Origin: a virus
Reading direction: 5' to 3' (one strand)
Virus record (IMG/VR): IMGVR_UViG_3300009008_000005
Span: 64,001 to 128,000 of that record
DNA length: 64,000 bases
Shown: positions 52,209 to 60,321 of the stretch, one piece after another
Numbering within the stretch: position 1 is the first letter of the stretch
Layout: the number at the start of each line of letters is the position of its first letter
The notes under the pieces: model-generated
The model's database searches: none
What the model saw: the letters and a program-made list of their open reading frames with translations, nothing else
What the model was told of the DNA's origin: nothing
Position numbers and translations under genes: made by a program

Positions 52209-52484
52209 ATGCCTCAAGAACCACTCTTCGTAAGAATAACCGATGAGCAACTGTGGCGGTTCCTAGACCATGCTCAGCGGGTGGTGCAGAGTAAAGTGTA
52301 TGAGCACGCTGGGTCTGACCATATGGAAGGAACTGTGAGGGTCGACGTCATCGCTGAGATGCGTATCTTCCGGGACCAGGAGTTGGGTCTGGATGGTAGA
52401 AGGGACTTCTGGGTATCTGGCTATGGCGCTGATCCGGGTGCAGGCTCTCGGAGAATCAAGTTCAAAATCCACTACTATGAGTAG
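52209..52484 (+). CDS. Hypothetical protein
   Basis: Ends at a bidirectional terminator. Confidence 0.6.
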   Translation: MPQEPLFVRITDEQLWRFLDHAQRVVQSKVYEHAGSDHMEGTVRVDVIAEMRIFRDQELGLDGRRDFWVSGYGADPGAGSRRIKFKIHYYE

Positions 52485-52486
52485 GG

Positions 52487-52507
52487 AAAAGGCCTTCGGG
52501 CCTTTTT
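52487..52507. terminator. Bidirectional terminator
   Basis: AAAAGGCC-TTCG-GGCCTTTTT. Confidence 0.8.
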
Positions 52508-53024
52508 ACCCCGAACGTGTGTGAGACCGCACCTCTGTACCATCTTTCCGTGTGTAGGCCCTTACAGTCTCCGTACCCTCTCCGCCCGGAAGCAGCTTAC
52601 CCTGTGCGAGATAGCCCCTAGCACCCTCCAAGGGAGAGTAGCCGTAGGCCTTGTAGACCTTAACAAGGTTCTCATTGGACACTGACCTGTCCTTGTAAGC
52701 GTCTGGACGGACAACGAAGGCTGCGTCCGGGAAAGACTTGCGAACTACGTTGTGAAGTACCGTCCCCACCTTCTTGTTGCGGAACTCTGGCTTCACATGG
52801 AGACCCACTAACTCGAAGATCTGCTTTCCAGGTGCGCTTATATCCCGTAGCACGATCTGCCCGATCATGGGATCCTCTCGACTACCTAGAAAGAACGCAT
52901 AGTGGCCGGGTTTCTCTGCACGTGTGAAGTAAAGCCCGTTCCGCTCATGTTCGTCCACTACCTTGAACCTAAGGTACTCGGTGGACTGCCCTGAGGATGT
53001 GCCTTTGCCTTTAGGAATAGCCAT
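52506..53024 (-). CDS. GNAT acetyltransferase with C-terminal VRAYTRKDGTEVRSHTRS motif
   Basis: LHVKPEFRNKKVGTVL (motif A) and LVKVYKAYGY (motif B). Confidence 0.7.
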   Translation of the reverse strand: MAIPKGKGTSSGQSTEYLRFKVVDEHERNGLYFTRAEKPGHYAFFLGSREDPMIGQIVLRDISAPGKQIFELVGLHVKPEFRNKKVGTVLHNVVRKSFPDAAFVVRPDAYKDRSVSNENLVKVYKAYGYSPLEGARGYLAQGKLLPGGEGTETVRAYTRKDGTEVRSHTRSG

Positions 53025-53122
53025 TGACCACCTCCCTGACGTACATGGTAACACGCACGTATGGCGTGCAAAAAGTAAATACCTTTGGGGGATAAGAAAG
53101 GTAGAACCTAAGGAGGTAAGCC

Positions 53123-53359
53123 ATGCCGATCATACCGATACCACATGACGAACTCAAAGCGTCGCTAGACTACTTCACCGCTAACCTAGAGGCGAACCTC
53201 TTCCGGTTCAGAGTGCTCGAACCGCATCTGGCCCTCTCTTCTGTCTACGTGCGACCTGCCAGTATGCTTCGGCAGAGGCTACGAGTGTTCCCTTCTGTCT
53301 CTATGCGCACACATATCGATACGCCTGAGCGTAGGATAGAAGTGCACATAAACTGGTAG
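53123..53359 (+). CDS. Hypothetical protein
   Basis: AAGGAGG RBS, ATAAGAA at 53092. Confidence 0.65.
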   Translation: MPIIPIPHDELKASLDYFTANLEANLFRFRVLEPHLALSSVYVRPASMLRQRLRVFPSVSMRTHIDTPERRIEVHINW

Positions 53360-53693
53360 CTCTGGTGCAAAAAAACTCTGGCCTCTCTTTGCTTAAAGAA
53401 ATACATGATCCAGGTATAAGAGAATCAAGCCGAACCAGCCGACTCCCATATTTTGGTTTGTCCGCTGCCGAGGCTTTTATATAATTGTGGGCGTGCGTTG
53501 CTGCTCAAACAGTTGTCCTGGATCCTGACTCCGCACCAGGGGAAGGGCACTGTATCTGTGACGGGGAGCCGTAGGAGCCTTGATCCAGTCATGGAATAAA
53601 GGAGGGGGATTAGCCCCCCTTCTTTACATGCAAAAACTGGCTATAAAAAGAGATAAGAATAGTGAACCCCAACCGTACCTTAGGAGGTGCACT

Positions 53694-54098
53694 ATGTCCG
53701 AGAAGCTGCAGATTCATCTCTACCGTGGACTCCCTGGCTCCGGCAAGACCACCGCTGCCCAGAAGAACCACCGCTACGTCTTCGAAGCGGATGAGTTCTT
53801 CATGGTGGGGGACGAGTACAAGTTCAACCCCCGCAACATCGGCGACGCTCACGACTGGTGCCAGGCCAGGGTGAAGCGGGCCCTGTTCCAGGGGAAGACC
53901 TGTGCGGTGTCCAACACCTCCACCCGCCGCTGGGAGGTCGCCCAGTACCAGCAGATCGCCGACATGTTCGGTGCCGAGCTGGTGGTCCACCACTGCACCG
54001 GGAAGTTCGAGAACGTCCACGGCGTGCCGGAGGATGTGATCGAGCGGATGGGTGACCGGTGGGAGGCCTGGGACGGCGAGGAGACCTACGAGGACTAG
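53694..54098 (+). CDS. P-loop kinase (AAA_33, polynucleotide-kinase/N4BP2-like)
   Basis: RGLPGSGKTT ... EADEFF ... AHDWCQ ... VSNT ... NVHGVPEDVIERM. Confidence 0.85.
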   Translation: MSEKLQIHLYRGLPGSGKTTAAQKNHRYVFEADEFFMVGDEYKFNPRNIGDAHDWCQARVKRALFQGKTCAVSNTSTRRWEVAQYQQIADMFGAELVVHHCTGKFENVHGVPEDVIERMGDRWEAWDGEETYED

Positions 54099-54153
54099 AT
54101 CCATTCAGGGGGGAGTGGGAGAAGGGGGCGCTCTGCGCCCCCTTTTTACCACC

Positions 54154-54531
54154 CTACTTCTTACGTAGAAGTCTGTGCTCCTCTACCTCTGGTCTCTCCG
54201 CTGCACGTGTGCATAACCTGGCGCAGTCCTCTTCGGTCTGTGCTACATGACCACTAGCGATCTTCTCTCCGCTACCGGCGAGGATGTACCAGGCTCGTGT
54301 GTAGTACCTCGTCGTCTCTGTCCAGATCTGTAGGATCTCTCCATGCGCAGGGGTGAACGTGAATGTGACCTGCTTCAACTCCCCTCCACATCCAGGGCAG
54401 GTGTAGTGTGCATCATTGAGTACCACCTGTCCCGTGGAGGAACAAGCTTCGCATTTAGGTAGTCCTAGTGTGGGCTCTTTACGAGCGTACCAGACCCTCT
54501 CTCCCACCGTGTGGGGAAGCTCTATTCGCAT
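54154..54531 (-). CDS. Protein with DnaJ-like Zn finger
   Basis: CEACSSTG ... CPGCGG. Confidence 0.55.
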   Translation of the reverse strand: MRIELPHTVGERVWYARKEPTLGLPKCEACSSTGQVVLNDAHYTCPGCGGELKQVTFTFTPAHGEILQIWTETTRYYTRAWYILAGSGEKIASGHVAQTEEDCARLCTRAAERPEVEEHRLLRKK

Positions 54532-54549
54532 GTTGTACCTTGGGTTAGG

Positions 54550-55992
54550 TTATAGGCGACTAGCAGTCTTGTATAGGTCCAGAGCCATCCCGAGCTTGGT
54601 GGGCTCCTTCTTCTCCTTACCCTTCTTCATAGCAAAACCTGCCGACCCACCAGCCGCAGCTACGCCGCCCCATGCACCTACGCTCTTGCCGGTCTCCTTC
54701 TTCAGAGTCTTGTGTGCAGCGTCGGCCTTAGTCTTCTTTAGACCCAGGAGGACCGAATCCCGATTCATCCTCTTCTTAGCCTTGTGCTTTCGCAGATGTC
54801 CCTTCAGGTCCAGAGGGCCCTTTGCAGGGGTGTTAGATTCAAGGAAAGTCTTCGCTGTGGATTTTATCTGCCCTTTAAGTTCCTTATTGGCCCTAATAAC
54901 ATTCGGAATACCTTCACGAGTTCCCTTGAAGGTCATAACGTCCTTACCCTTACGGAGGAGATCCATCGCCTTTCCTGCGGTCTTGCTCATCTTAGGTGCT
55001 TCAGTTGGTTTAGGGGCCATTGTAGATTTACCACCCATCCAACTGGGTGTTTTAGTAGGCTTAGCTGCTGCGGGAGTAGACTGGTTCAAAGGGGCCTTAC
55101 CGGCCATGTAACGTGTATGGTCCATGCCACCAGTGTATCCCTGCGGTGCGTAGGATTTCTGTGTAGCTCCGTAGGCAGATGCATTGGACTTAAGATTAGT
55201 CTTAGCACTACTAGAGTGTCCACCCATCCAAGTCGGCATCGCCTGACGCATTTTCAGCCTTCCAGCCTTTGCTCTGCTGGATGCGATGGCCTTATTCACA
55301 CCGCCTGTGAGCCAACCCCCTTTTGCGGGCTGGGCAGCTTGAGCTTTCCTAGTAAGCGCAGCAGGCCTAGGTGCAGGTCCACGGGACATGGGCAGAGTCC
55401 TGGCTCCTCTCTGACCAAGAGGCATAGCCGACCTTGTGCGAGCTGCGTTACCAGCAGCAGCACGTACGTCAGCGTAGCTGGCCTGTGCACGCTTCAGCAT
55501 GGACTCCCCGTTACGAATCTTCCCTGCCTTCTTATCCTTGGATCCGCTCGTTGCTGTATTCATCTCGTTAGCCTTTCGTGGTAGCTCCTTCACAAACTTA
55601 GACCTCTTCACAACAGTCTTTACTGCTGCCGATGACTCCTTCTTCATAGCCTTCCGACCTAGAGCTGCGCCGCCACCGATAGCTCCCCACGCACCAAGAC
55701 CCTTCAGGGTCTCCTTGCCCAAAGTGTTGCGGGCTGTTTCCCTATCCATGCCTGCCAAGATATGATCTTTACGGTTTCTCTGCAGTAGGTCCTTTGAGGC
55801 CTCTACCATCTGTGCTCTCAAGGAGCCTTTAGCTCCCGGGTCCTTAGCTGCTGCTTCCGATAAGGCTTCTGCGTCAAGGTCCAGGGCCTTCATCTTCCTT
55901 CTAGACGATAGGTAATCACGTCCAGAGGACCTGGCCTTACCGAAGCTGAAGATCTCCCCGGTTCTCTTTAGACCTCTGCGCACCTTTCCCAT
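54550..55992 (-). CDS. Large basic low-complexity protein, putative virion-internal
   Basis: K/A/G-rich, duplicated KET..GAWG..GG..MKK module, C-terminal TKLGMALDLYKTA. Confidence 0.7.
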   Translation of the reverse strand: MGKVRRGLKRTGEIFSFGKARSSGRDYLSSRRKMKALDLDAEALSEAAAKDPGAKGSLRAQMVEASKDLLQRNRKDHILAGMDRETARNTLGKETLKGLGAWGAIGGGAALGRKAMKKESSAAVKTVVKRSKFVKELPRKANEMNTATSGSKDKKAGKIRNGESMLKRAQASYADVRAAAGNAARTRSAMPLGQRGARTLPMSRGPAPRPAALTRKAQAAQPAKGGWLTGGVNKAIASSRAKAGRLKMRQAMPTWMGGHSSSAKTNLKSNASAYGATQKSYAPQGYTGGMDHTRYMAGKAPLNQSTPAAAKPTKTPSWMGGKSTMAPKPTEAPKMSKTAGKAMDLLRKGKDVMTFKGTREGIPNVIRANKELKGQIKSTAKTFLESNTPAKGPLDLKGHLRKHKAKKRMNRDSVLLGLKKTKADAAHKTLKKETGKSVGAWGGVAAAGGSAGFAMKKGKEKKEPTKLGMALDLYKTASRL

Positions 55993-56051
55993 AGGAACCT
56001 CCATACACACGGATTATCGCACCCGCCTAGGCCACGATGCAAGCGCAGGGG

Positions 56052-56066
56052 TATTTCAACGAAATA
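56052..56066. promoter_or_regulatory. 15-bp palindromic operator
   Basis: TATTTCAACGAAATA, 5 nt before ATAAGAA. Confidence 0.75.
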
Positions 56067-56104
56067 CGGGCATAAGAAAGGTGGACGATCAGAATGGAGG
56101 TGAC

Positions 56105-56338
56105 ATGAGTATAGGAAGAGATCTCCCCTTCGACATCCTGGAGGTGCTGAAGAATGCGGAGTTCGCCCTGGACTATATAACCGAAACGGGGAGGCAGAGC
56201 AGTACCTATCACACAGCTACCGACATCGTTATCCGTAGGGTAAGGGAACTCGGTGACATGTACCAGGATCTCACCTTCCAGACCATACTTGACCCACGCA
56301 ACCGGATAATCCGAGTGGAGGTGTTCCAAAATGAGTAA
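56105..56338 (+). CDS. Hypothetical protein
   Basis: GGAGG RBS after operator and promoter motif. Confidence 0.65.
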   Translation: MSIGRDLPFDILEVLKNAEFALDYITETGRQSSTYHTATDIVIRRVRELGDMYQDLTFQTILDPRNRIIRVEVFQNE

Positions 56339-57062
56339 GCTGCGGAACCGTTTCTACATCAAGATTGAGTTCGCCTACGCCGATGAACCGGCGAAGACGC
56401 ACGTCATGAGGAAGCTGTTCTACACGTACAGCGGTGCCGTCACGTACCGCACCACGTTGAACAGCTCCGAAGGTGCGCACATGAGACTGCAGGGCGAGAG
56501 AGTCATCGTCTCGAAGATCGGGCCGGTGGAACCCTTGCATAAAAGAGACACGGAGGTGGAGGAGATGCCGGAAGAGCAGCAGAGCACAGGGACGAAGATC
56601 TGGACAGGGAAGGCGAAGCACGCATGGGGCGAGAGGTCCGTGAACGAGTCCTTCGGCTACCTACTCGGGCAGTGGAAGTTGAAGAGACTGCTGCGGAAGG
56701 GGGACACGGCCTACCTGCAGTTCTTCTCCTCCGACGACACCTGGAAGATCGTCGTGGAGAAGGAGAACGGCAAGTTCGTTCGCATGGGCGTCAAGTGCCC
56801 GTTCTTCGAGGGGACCTTCCGATATGGCCAGGCCGTCTTCCGCACCCCTTTCACGGACAACGACCCACAGGAAATCCTGGAGCAGCTCGACGACACCCAC
56901 GCCCTCTACGGACTCGGCAACGGGTTCACCTGGACCGAGATGGAGGCCGAGGAGGTCGAAGAGGAGGTCGAAGAGGACGCCACGGATGCTACCGAGACCG
57001 TCCTGCTCGACGAGGATGACCTCCCGGAGAATGCGCCTCCACCGGAGCAGCACATCCACTAG
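56331..57062 (+). CDS. Hypothetical protein with acidic tail
   Basis: GGAGG RBS, high GC3. Confidence 0.75.
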   Translation: MSKLRNRFYIKIEFAYADEPAKTHVMRKLFYTYSGAVTYRTTLNSSEGAHMRLQGERVIVSKIGPVEPLHKRDTEVEEMPEEQQSTGTKIWTGKAKHAWGERSVNESFGYLLGQWKLKRLLRKGDTAYLQFFSSDDTWKIVVEKENGKFVRMGVKCPFFEGTFRYGQAVFRTPFTDNDPQEILEQLDDTHALYGLGNGFTWTEMEAEEVEEEVEEDATDATETVLLDEDDLPENAPPPEQHIH

Positions 57063-57152
57063 AGTGGGTTGCACCCTCACGTGAGATAAGGCCCTGCGGG
57101 GCCTTTTCTTAGTTCCAGGTATAAGAAAAGCAGACAAAAATGGAGGTGACTA

Positions 57153-57458
57153 ATGGGTGAAGTACTGACAACGGCTGCGCAAGTTGAAGCTTTGGTCGCA
57201 CTCGATCACGCCCCGGATGTGGGGATCGGTCGGACTGCCATCGTGGAGCTTGTGCAGAAAGCTAAAGTGTCCGAGGAGCGATTGCAGGTCATCGGGTCCA
57301 GCCGGTCCCAGCTCCTCACGTTCATCCTGAACCAGGGTAGCTGCTGCCAGGGTCATGATGATTGCATGCACGGATATGAGGAGGCTTCCAACGGGTCCAA
57401 CTGCAGGGCTTGTTGGCTGGCCTTCTCCGAACGAAGCCTCGCAAGGAGAGATACATGA
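57153..57458 (+). CDS. Cys-rich protein (C..C..C..CW family)
   Basis: GSCCQGHDDC ... NCRACWLAF. Confidence 0.65.
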   Translation: MGEVLTTAAQVEALVALDHAPDVGIGRTAIVELVQKAKVSEERLQVIGSSRSQLLTFILNQGSCCQGHDDCMHGYEEASNGSNCRACWLAFSERSLARRDT

Positions 57459-57823
57459 AGATCCAGTACCAGGTCGAGAAGGGAGCCGACAAGCTCGTGG
57501 CGTTCCTCGCCGGATGCGTCGGTCACGCCTTCGTGAACGGAGATACCAAGAACCAGTCCATCATGGCCATCATCGGAGAGCCGGGGAAGAAGTCCACGTC
57601 GATTCACGTGATCAACTCCCAGGGCGGCAACGGCCCCAAAGAGATCGTGTTCCGTGAGTTCGTGAAGGCCGACAAGGTGGGAGAGTGGAAGTTCATCCTC
57701 CAGCCCACGTCCGTCCGGATCGAATACGACGGCAAGGCCGATGCCTGTCCCTACTTCTCGAACGACATCCTGACCAACAGGTTCGTCCTCCAGAACGACC
57801 TGAAAATGGCCAGCAGCCAGTAG
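57455..57823 (+). CDS. Tandem paralog array member 1
   Basis: KLVAFLAGCVG ... WKFIL ... YDG ... YFSND. Confidence 0.7.
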   Translation: MKIQYQVEKGADKLVAFLAGCVGHAFVNGDTKNQSIMAIIGEPGKKSTSIHVINSQGGNGPKEIVFREFVKADKVGEWKFILQPTSVRIEYDGKADACPYFSNDILTNRFVLQNDLKMASSQ

Positions 57824-57831
57824 GAGACAGC

Positions 57832-58257
57832 ATGTCTGACGGCGTCATAGCTGTATCCATTGAAATCCTAACGAAGGAGGGGGTGGAGAAATTCAAGAGG
57901 TGGCTGACCATCCGACTGGGCCTCATGCTCATGAATGGTGACATCAACACCTTCTCGGAAACCACCTCCTTCCTCTACCCTAGGAAGGAGAAACTGGTCA
58001 CGGAACCGGAAGAGTACATCACGGAGCTGCGCCTTATCCGGATGACGGACGATGTGCAGTCCTTCGAAATAAACTACTTCGCACGGCCCAAGGGGATCCG
58101 ACTGTTCGAATCCAAGTGGTGGTTCAACATCCTGACCAACAAGGCGTTCCTGGTCATGAACGGGCACCGGAGTAGCAACCACCTCTTCGCCAATGCGGAC
58201 CTCAAACCCTTCGGCGATAAGGTCTATGTACAAGGTCAACTGGAGGCACAAGCATGA
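57832..58257 (+). CDS. Tandem paralog array member 2
   Basis: KFKRWLTIRLG ... WFNIL ... MNG ... LFANADL. Confidence 0.7.
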   Translation: MSDGVIAVSIEILTKEGVEKFKRWLTIRLGLMLMNGDINTFSETTSFLYPRKEKLVTEPEEYITELRLIRMTDDVQSFEINYFARPKGIRLFESKWWFNILTNKAFLVMNGHRSSNHLFANADLKPFGDKVYVQGQLEAQA

Positions 58258-58727
58258 AAGACGTGAATCTCGAATATAGAATGCTCGTTCCGGAGACCCG
58301 GAAGACATTCCGGCGTTGGATCGCCGCACATCTGGGATCAGCCATCGTGGCTGGCGTCATGAGGACTCCGAAAGGGAGGTCCGCCCCGATCATTGACGTC
58401 ACGATCGGGGACTACAGCACGTACATCGAGCACCTCAAGGCGTCGAACGACAACGGGCTGGAGAAGATCTCCCTCTCCTTGCTGCACAAGACGGATGAGG
58501 TGAAGGCCGGGAGGCAGTCCCACTGGGATACCCTCTGCGACTGGATGATCCACCTCGGCGAGAAGGAGTGTTACGTCGTGTTCGAGGGCGACGAAACCTG
58601 CAACGCCAACTACCTCTTCACGAACGACGACCTCTCAGACCTCGCAGACGAGGTGTGGTCCGGTGGGGAGTGCATCACGTTCGGCATCGAGACCACCAAG
58701 GAAATCGATGCGGAGACCGTGGCATGA
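58254..58727 (+). CDS. Tandem paralog array member 3
   Basis: TFRRWIAAHLG ... WMIHL ... FEG ... LFTNDDL. Confidence 0.7.
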   Translation: MKDVNLEYRMLVPETRKTFRRWIAAHLGSAIVAGVMRTPKGRSAPIIDVTIGDYSTYIEHLKASNDNGLEKISLSLLHKTDEVKAGRQSHWDTLCDWMIHLGEKECYVVFEGDETCNANYLFTNDDLSDLADEVWSGGECITFGIETTKEIDAETVA

Positions 58728-59131
58728 GCGCCCGGGTCGGGTTCAAGATCAAGAGCCGAGCTGCGGACTTCGGGGACTTCCTCATGAAGGTCATCGGCCA
58801 GTTCGTTCAGATCTGCTCCACCTGTGGAGTGGACCAGGACGGAAGTCCGCAGTTCACCTACTCCGAATCTGATGCAGATGGGATCCGGATGTTCATCCTC
58901 ACCAGGCTGGAGAAAACCCACTACGTGATGGGGCACTTCCACGTCGACAAGCTTTCCGGGGTGCTGCACGAACACTGTACGTGGTCCTTCATCAGGAAGG
59001 ACGGCGTGTGGCACGCTCTGTTCGAGGGTAACGGGAATGGGAGGACTCCGTTCTACCTCCAGTCCCACACCGAGAAGTGGGCGGATACCTTCGGCCCGAT
59101 CGAAGAGCCTCGTGATGTCCCTCCTGAGTAA
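58724..59131 (+). CDS. Tandem paralog array member 4
   Basis: DFGDFLMKVIG ... WSFIR ... FEG ... FYLQS. Confidence 0.7.
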   Translation: MSARVGFKIKSRAADFGDFLMKVIGQFVQICSTCGVDQDGSPQFTYSESDADGIRMFILTRLEKTHYVMGHFHVDKLSGVLHEHCTWSFIRKDGVWHALFEGNGNGRTPFYLQSHTEKWADTFGPIEEPRDVPPE

Positions 59132-59357
59132 GACCGGGATCGGTAGGTCCAGCGTCTGCGAGAGGGGAAAGAGGTGCTCGGAATGCAAGGGTGATCTGGT
59201 CAAGTTCTACACCGGGGACTTCTATCTCGGAGACGAGGGGAAGCTCGTGTTCAAGATCTGCTGGAAGTGCCGCTGCGGTAGTGCCTACTACAGCGAGGAT
59301 GGAGGCAGAGACGCACCGCCCAGGCTGAAGAGAGCTGCGAAGCTCGTTCTGAAGTAA
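59115..59357 (+). CDS. Zn-ribbon protein
   Basis: CSEC ... CRCG. Confidence 0.6.
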   Translation: MSLLSKTGIGRSSVCERGKRCSECKGDLVKFYTGDFYLGDEGKLVFKICWKCRCGSAYYSEDGGRDAPPRLKRAAKLVLK

Positions 59358-59389
59358 GAAAGAGGGGAGGGGCTTCCCTCCTCTCTTAC

Positions 59390-59653
59390 CTAGCCCTCTT
59401 CGATTACTTGTTCAATCTGGTTGATCACGACGTCGACTACCAGCCTGTCTATACTGGTCTGCTCGTCTGGCCCAGAATTCTTGTAGGCCTCTGAACATGA
59501 GGGGCACAGAACGGCCTTCGCCTCTCCGTATGGAGTAGCGATGTGCATCTCAAGGAACTCGACGACTGCAGGGTCCTTGTACTCTTCCCTGCAGACTGGA
59601 CACTCGTGAACACTGAGTGCCTGCCAAAGTCTCTTACTATCTTCATCGGGCAT
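59390..59653 (-). CDS. Zn-binding small protein
   Basis: CPVC ... CPSC. Confidence 0.6.
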   Translation of the reverse strand: MPDEDSKRLWQALSVHECPVCREEYKDPAVVEFLEMHIATPYGEAKAVLCPSCSEAYKNSGPDEQTSIDRLVVDVVINQIEQVIEEG

Positions 59654-59658
59654 TGAAA

Positions 59659-59997
59659 TCACAGTCCAGGTAGTTTCCCCACTCCTACAACAGGAGGCTT
59701 GATCCTGTCCAGGATATCTTTGATCTTGTCTATATGCCCCCCATCCATTATGTCGGGAAAGGCGCTAAGGAGGGAACTGTAGTCCTCATCAGCCTTCTGG
59801 AGAGCTTGCCGTGCCTTGCCTATCTCTCCATTGGACACATAGCTCATCGCATCCTCGATGTAACCGCTTATGTCGCTACTGCTGCCCTCGATCTGATCCG
59901 TGATCTCAGTAGCACAGTCCTCCAGATAATCCTCTAGGTCACTGCTGAGGTCCTCGATGAGGTCCAGCTCCGAGTCCAGGCTTATGTTATCGTCCAT
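59659..59997 (-). CDS. Acidic helical protein
   Basis: GGAGG RBS; D/E-rich heptads. Confidence 0.7.
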   Translation of the reverse strand: MDDNISLDSELDLIEDLSSDLEDYLEDCATEITDQIEGSSSDISGYIEDAMSYVSNGEIGKARQALQKADEDYSSLLSAFPDIMDGGHIDKIKDILDRIKPPVVGVGKLPGL

Positions 59998-60018
59998 AAT
60001 AAACCTCCATAGAACATC

Positions 60019-60321
60019 CTAGGGCCTGGGGTTGCGTGCCGCAAGTCTCTGCAACCTTGTGCCCTTGCTGAAAACCGTGTCCCCTTCTTTAGGGATGGGC
60101 CAGTCTATGTTGAAAGTAACGTCGGGTGTGACGCATACCGGGTAGCTGTTTGAACCTCGCTCCCCTAGACAGGTGACCTTTGCGTGCGTGATGTAAGGAG
60201 TAAATTCAAACTCGATATCTGCAAGCTGTTGGTCGGTGGCCCGGTCCAACACTGTCAGCTGGATGCCGCCACCCACCCCATTCATGGTGAGGTGGAGGAC
60301 GACACCCTCAGACTTATACAC
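60019..60321 (-). CDS. Hypothetical protein ending GTRLQRLAARNPRP
   Basis: GTG start, operon fit. Confidence 0.55.
   Translation of the reverse strand: MYKSEGVVLHLTMNGVGGGIQLTVLDRATDQQLADIEFEFTPYITHAKVTCLGERGSNSYPVCVTPDVTFNIDWPIPKEGDTVFSKGTRLQRLAARNPRP

Noticed and set aside
49952-56338. gp25/baseplate-wedge-like fold for several ~90-aa cassette proteins
   Set aside because: Only a vague terminal beta-strand resemblance; no motif-level support
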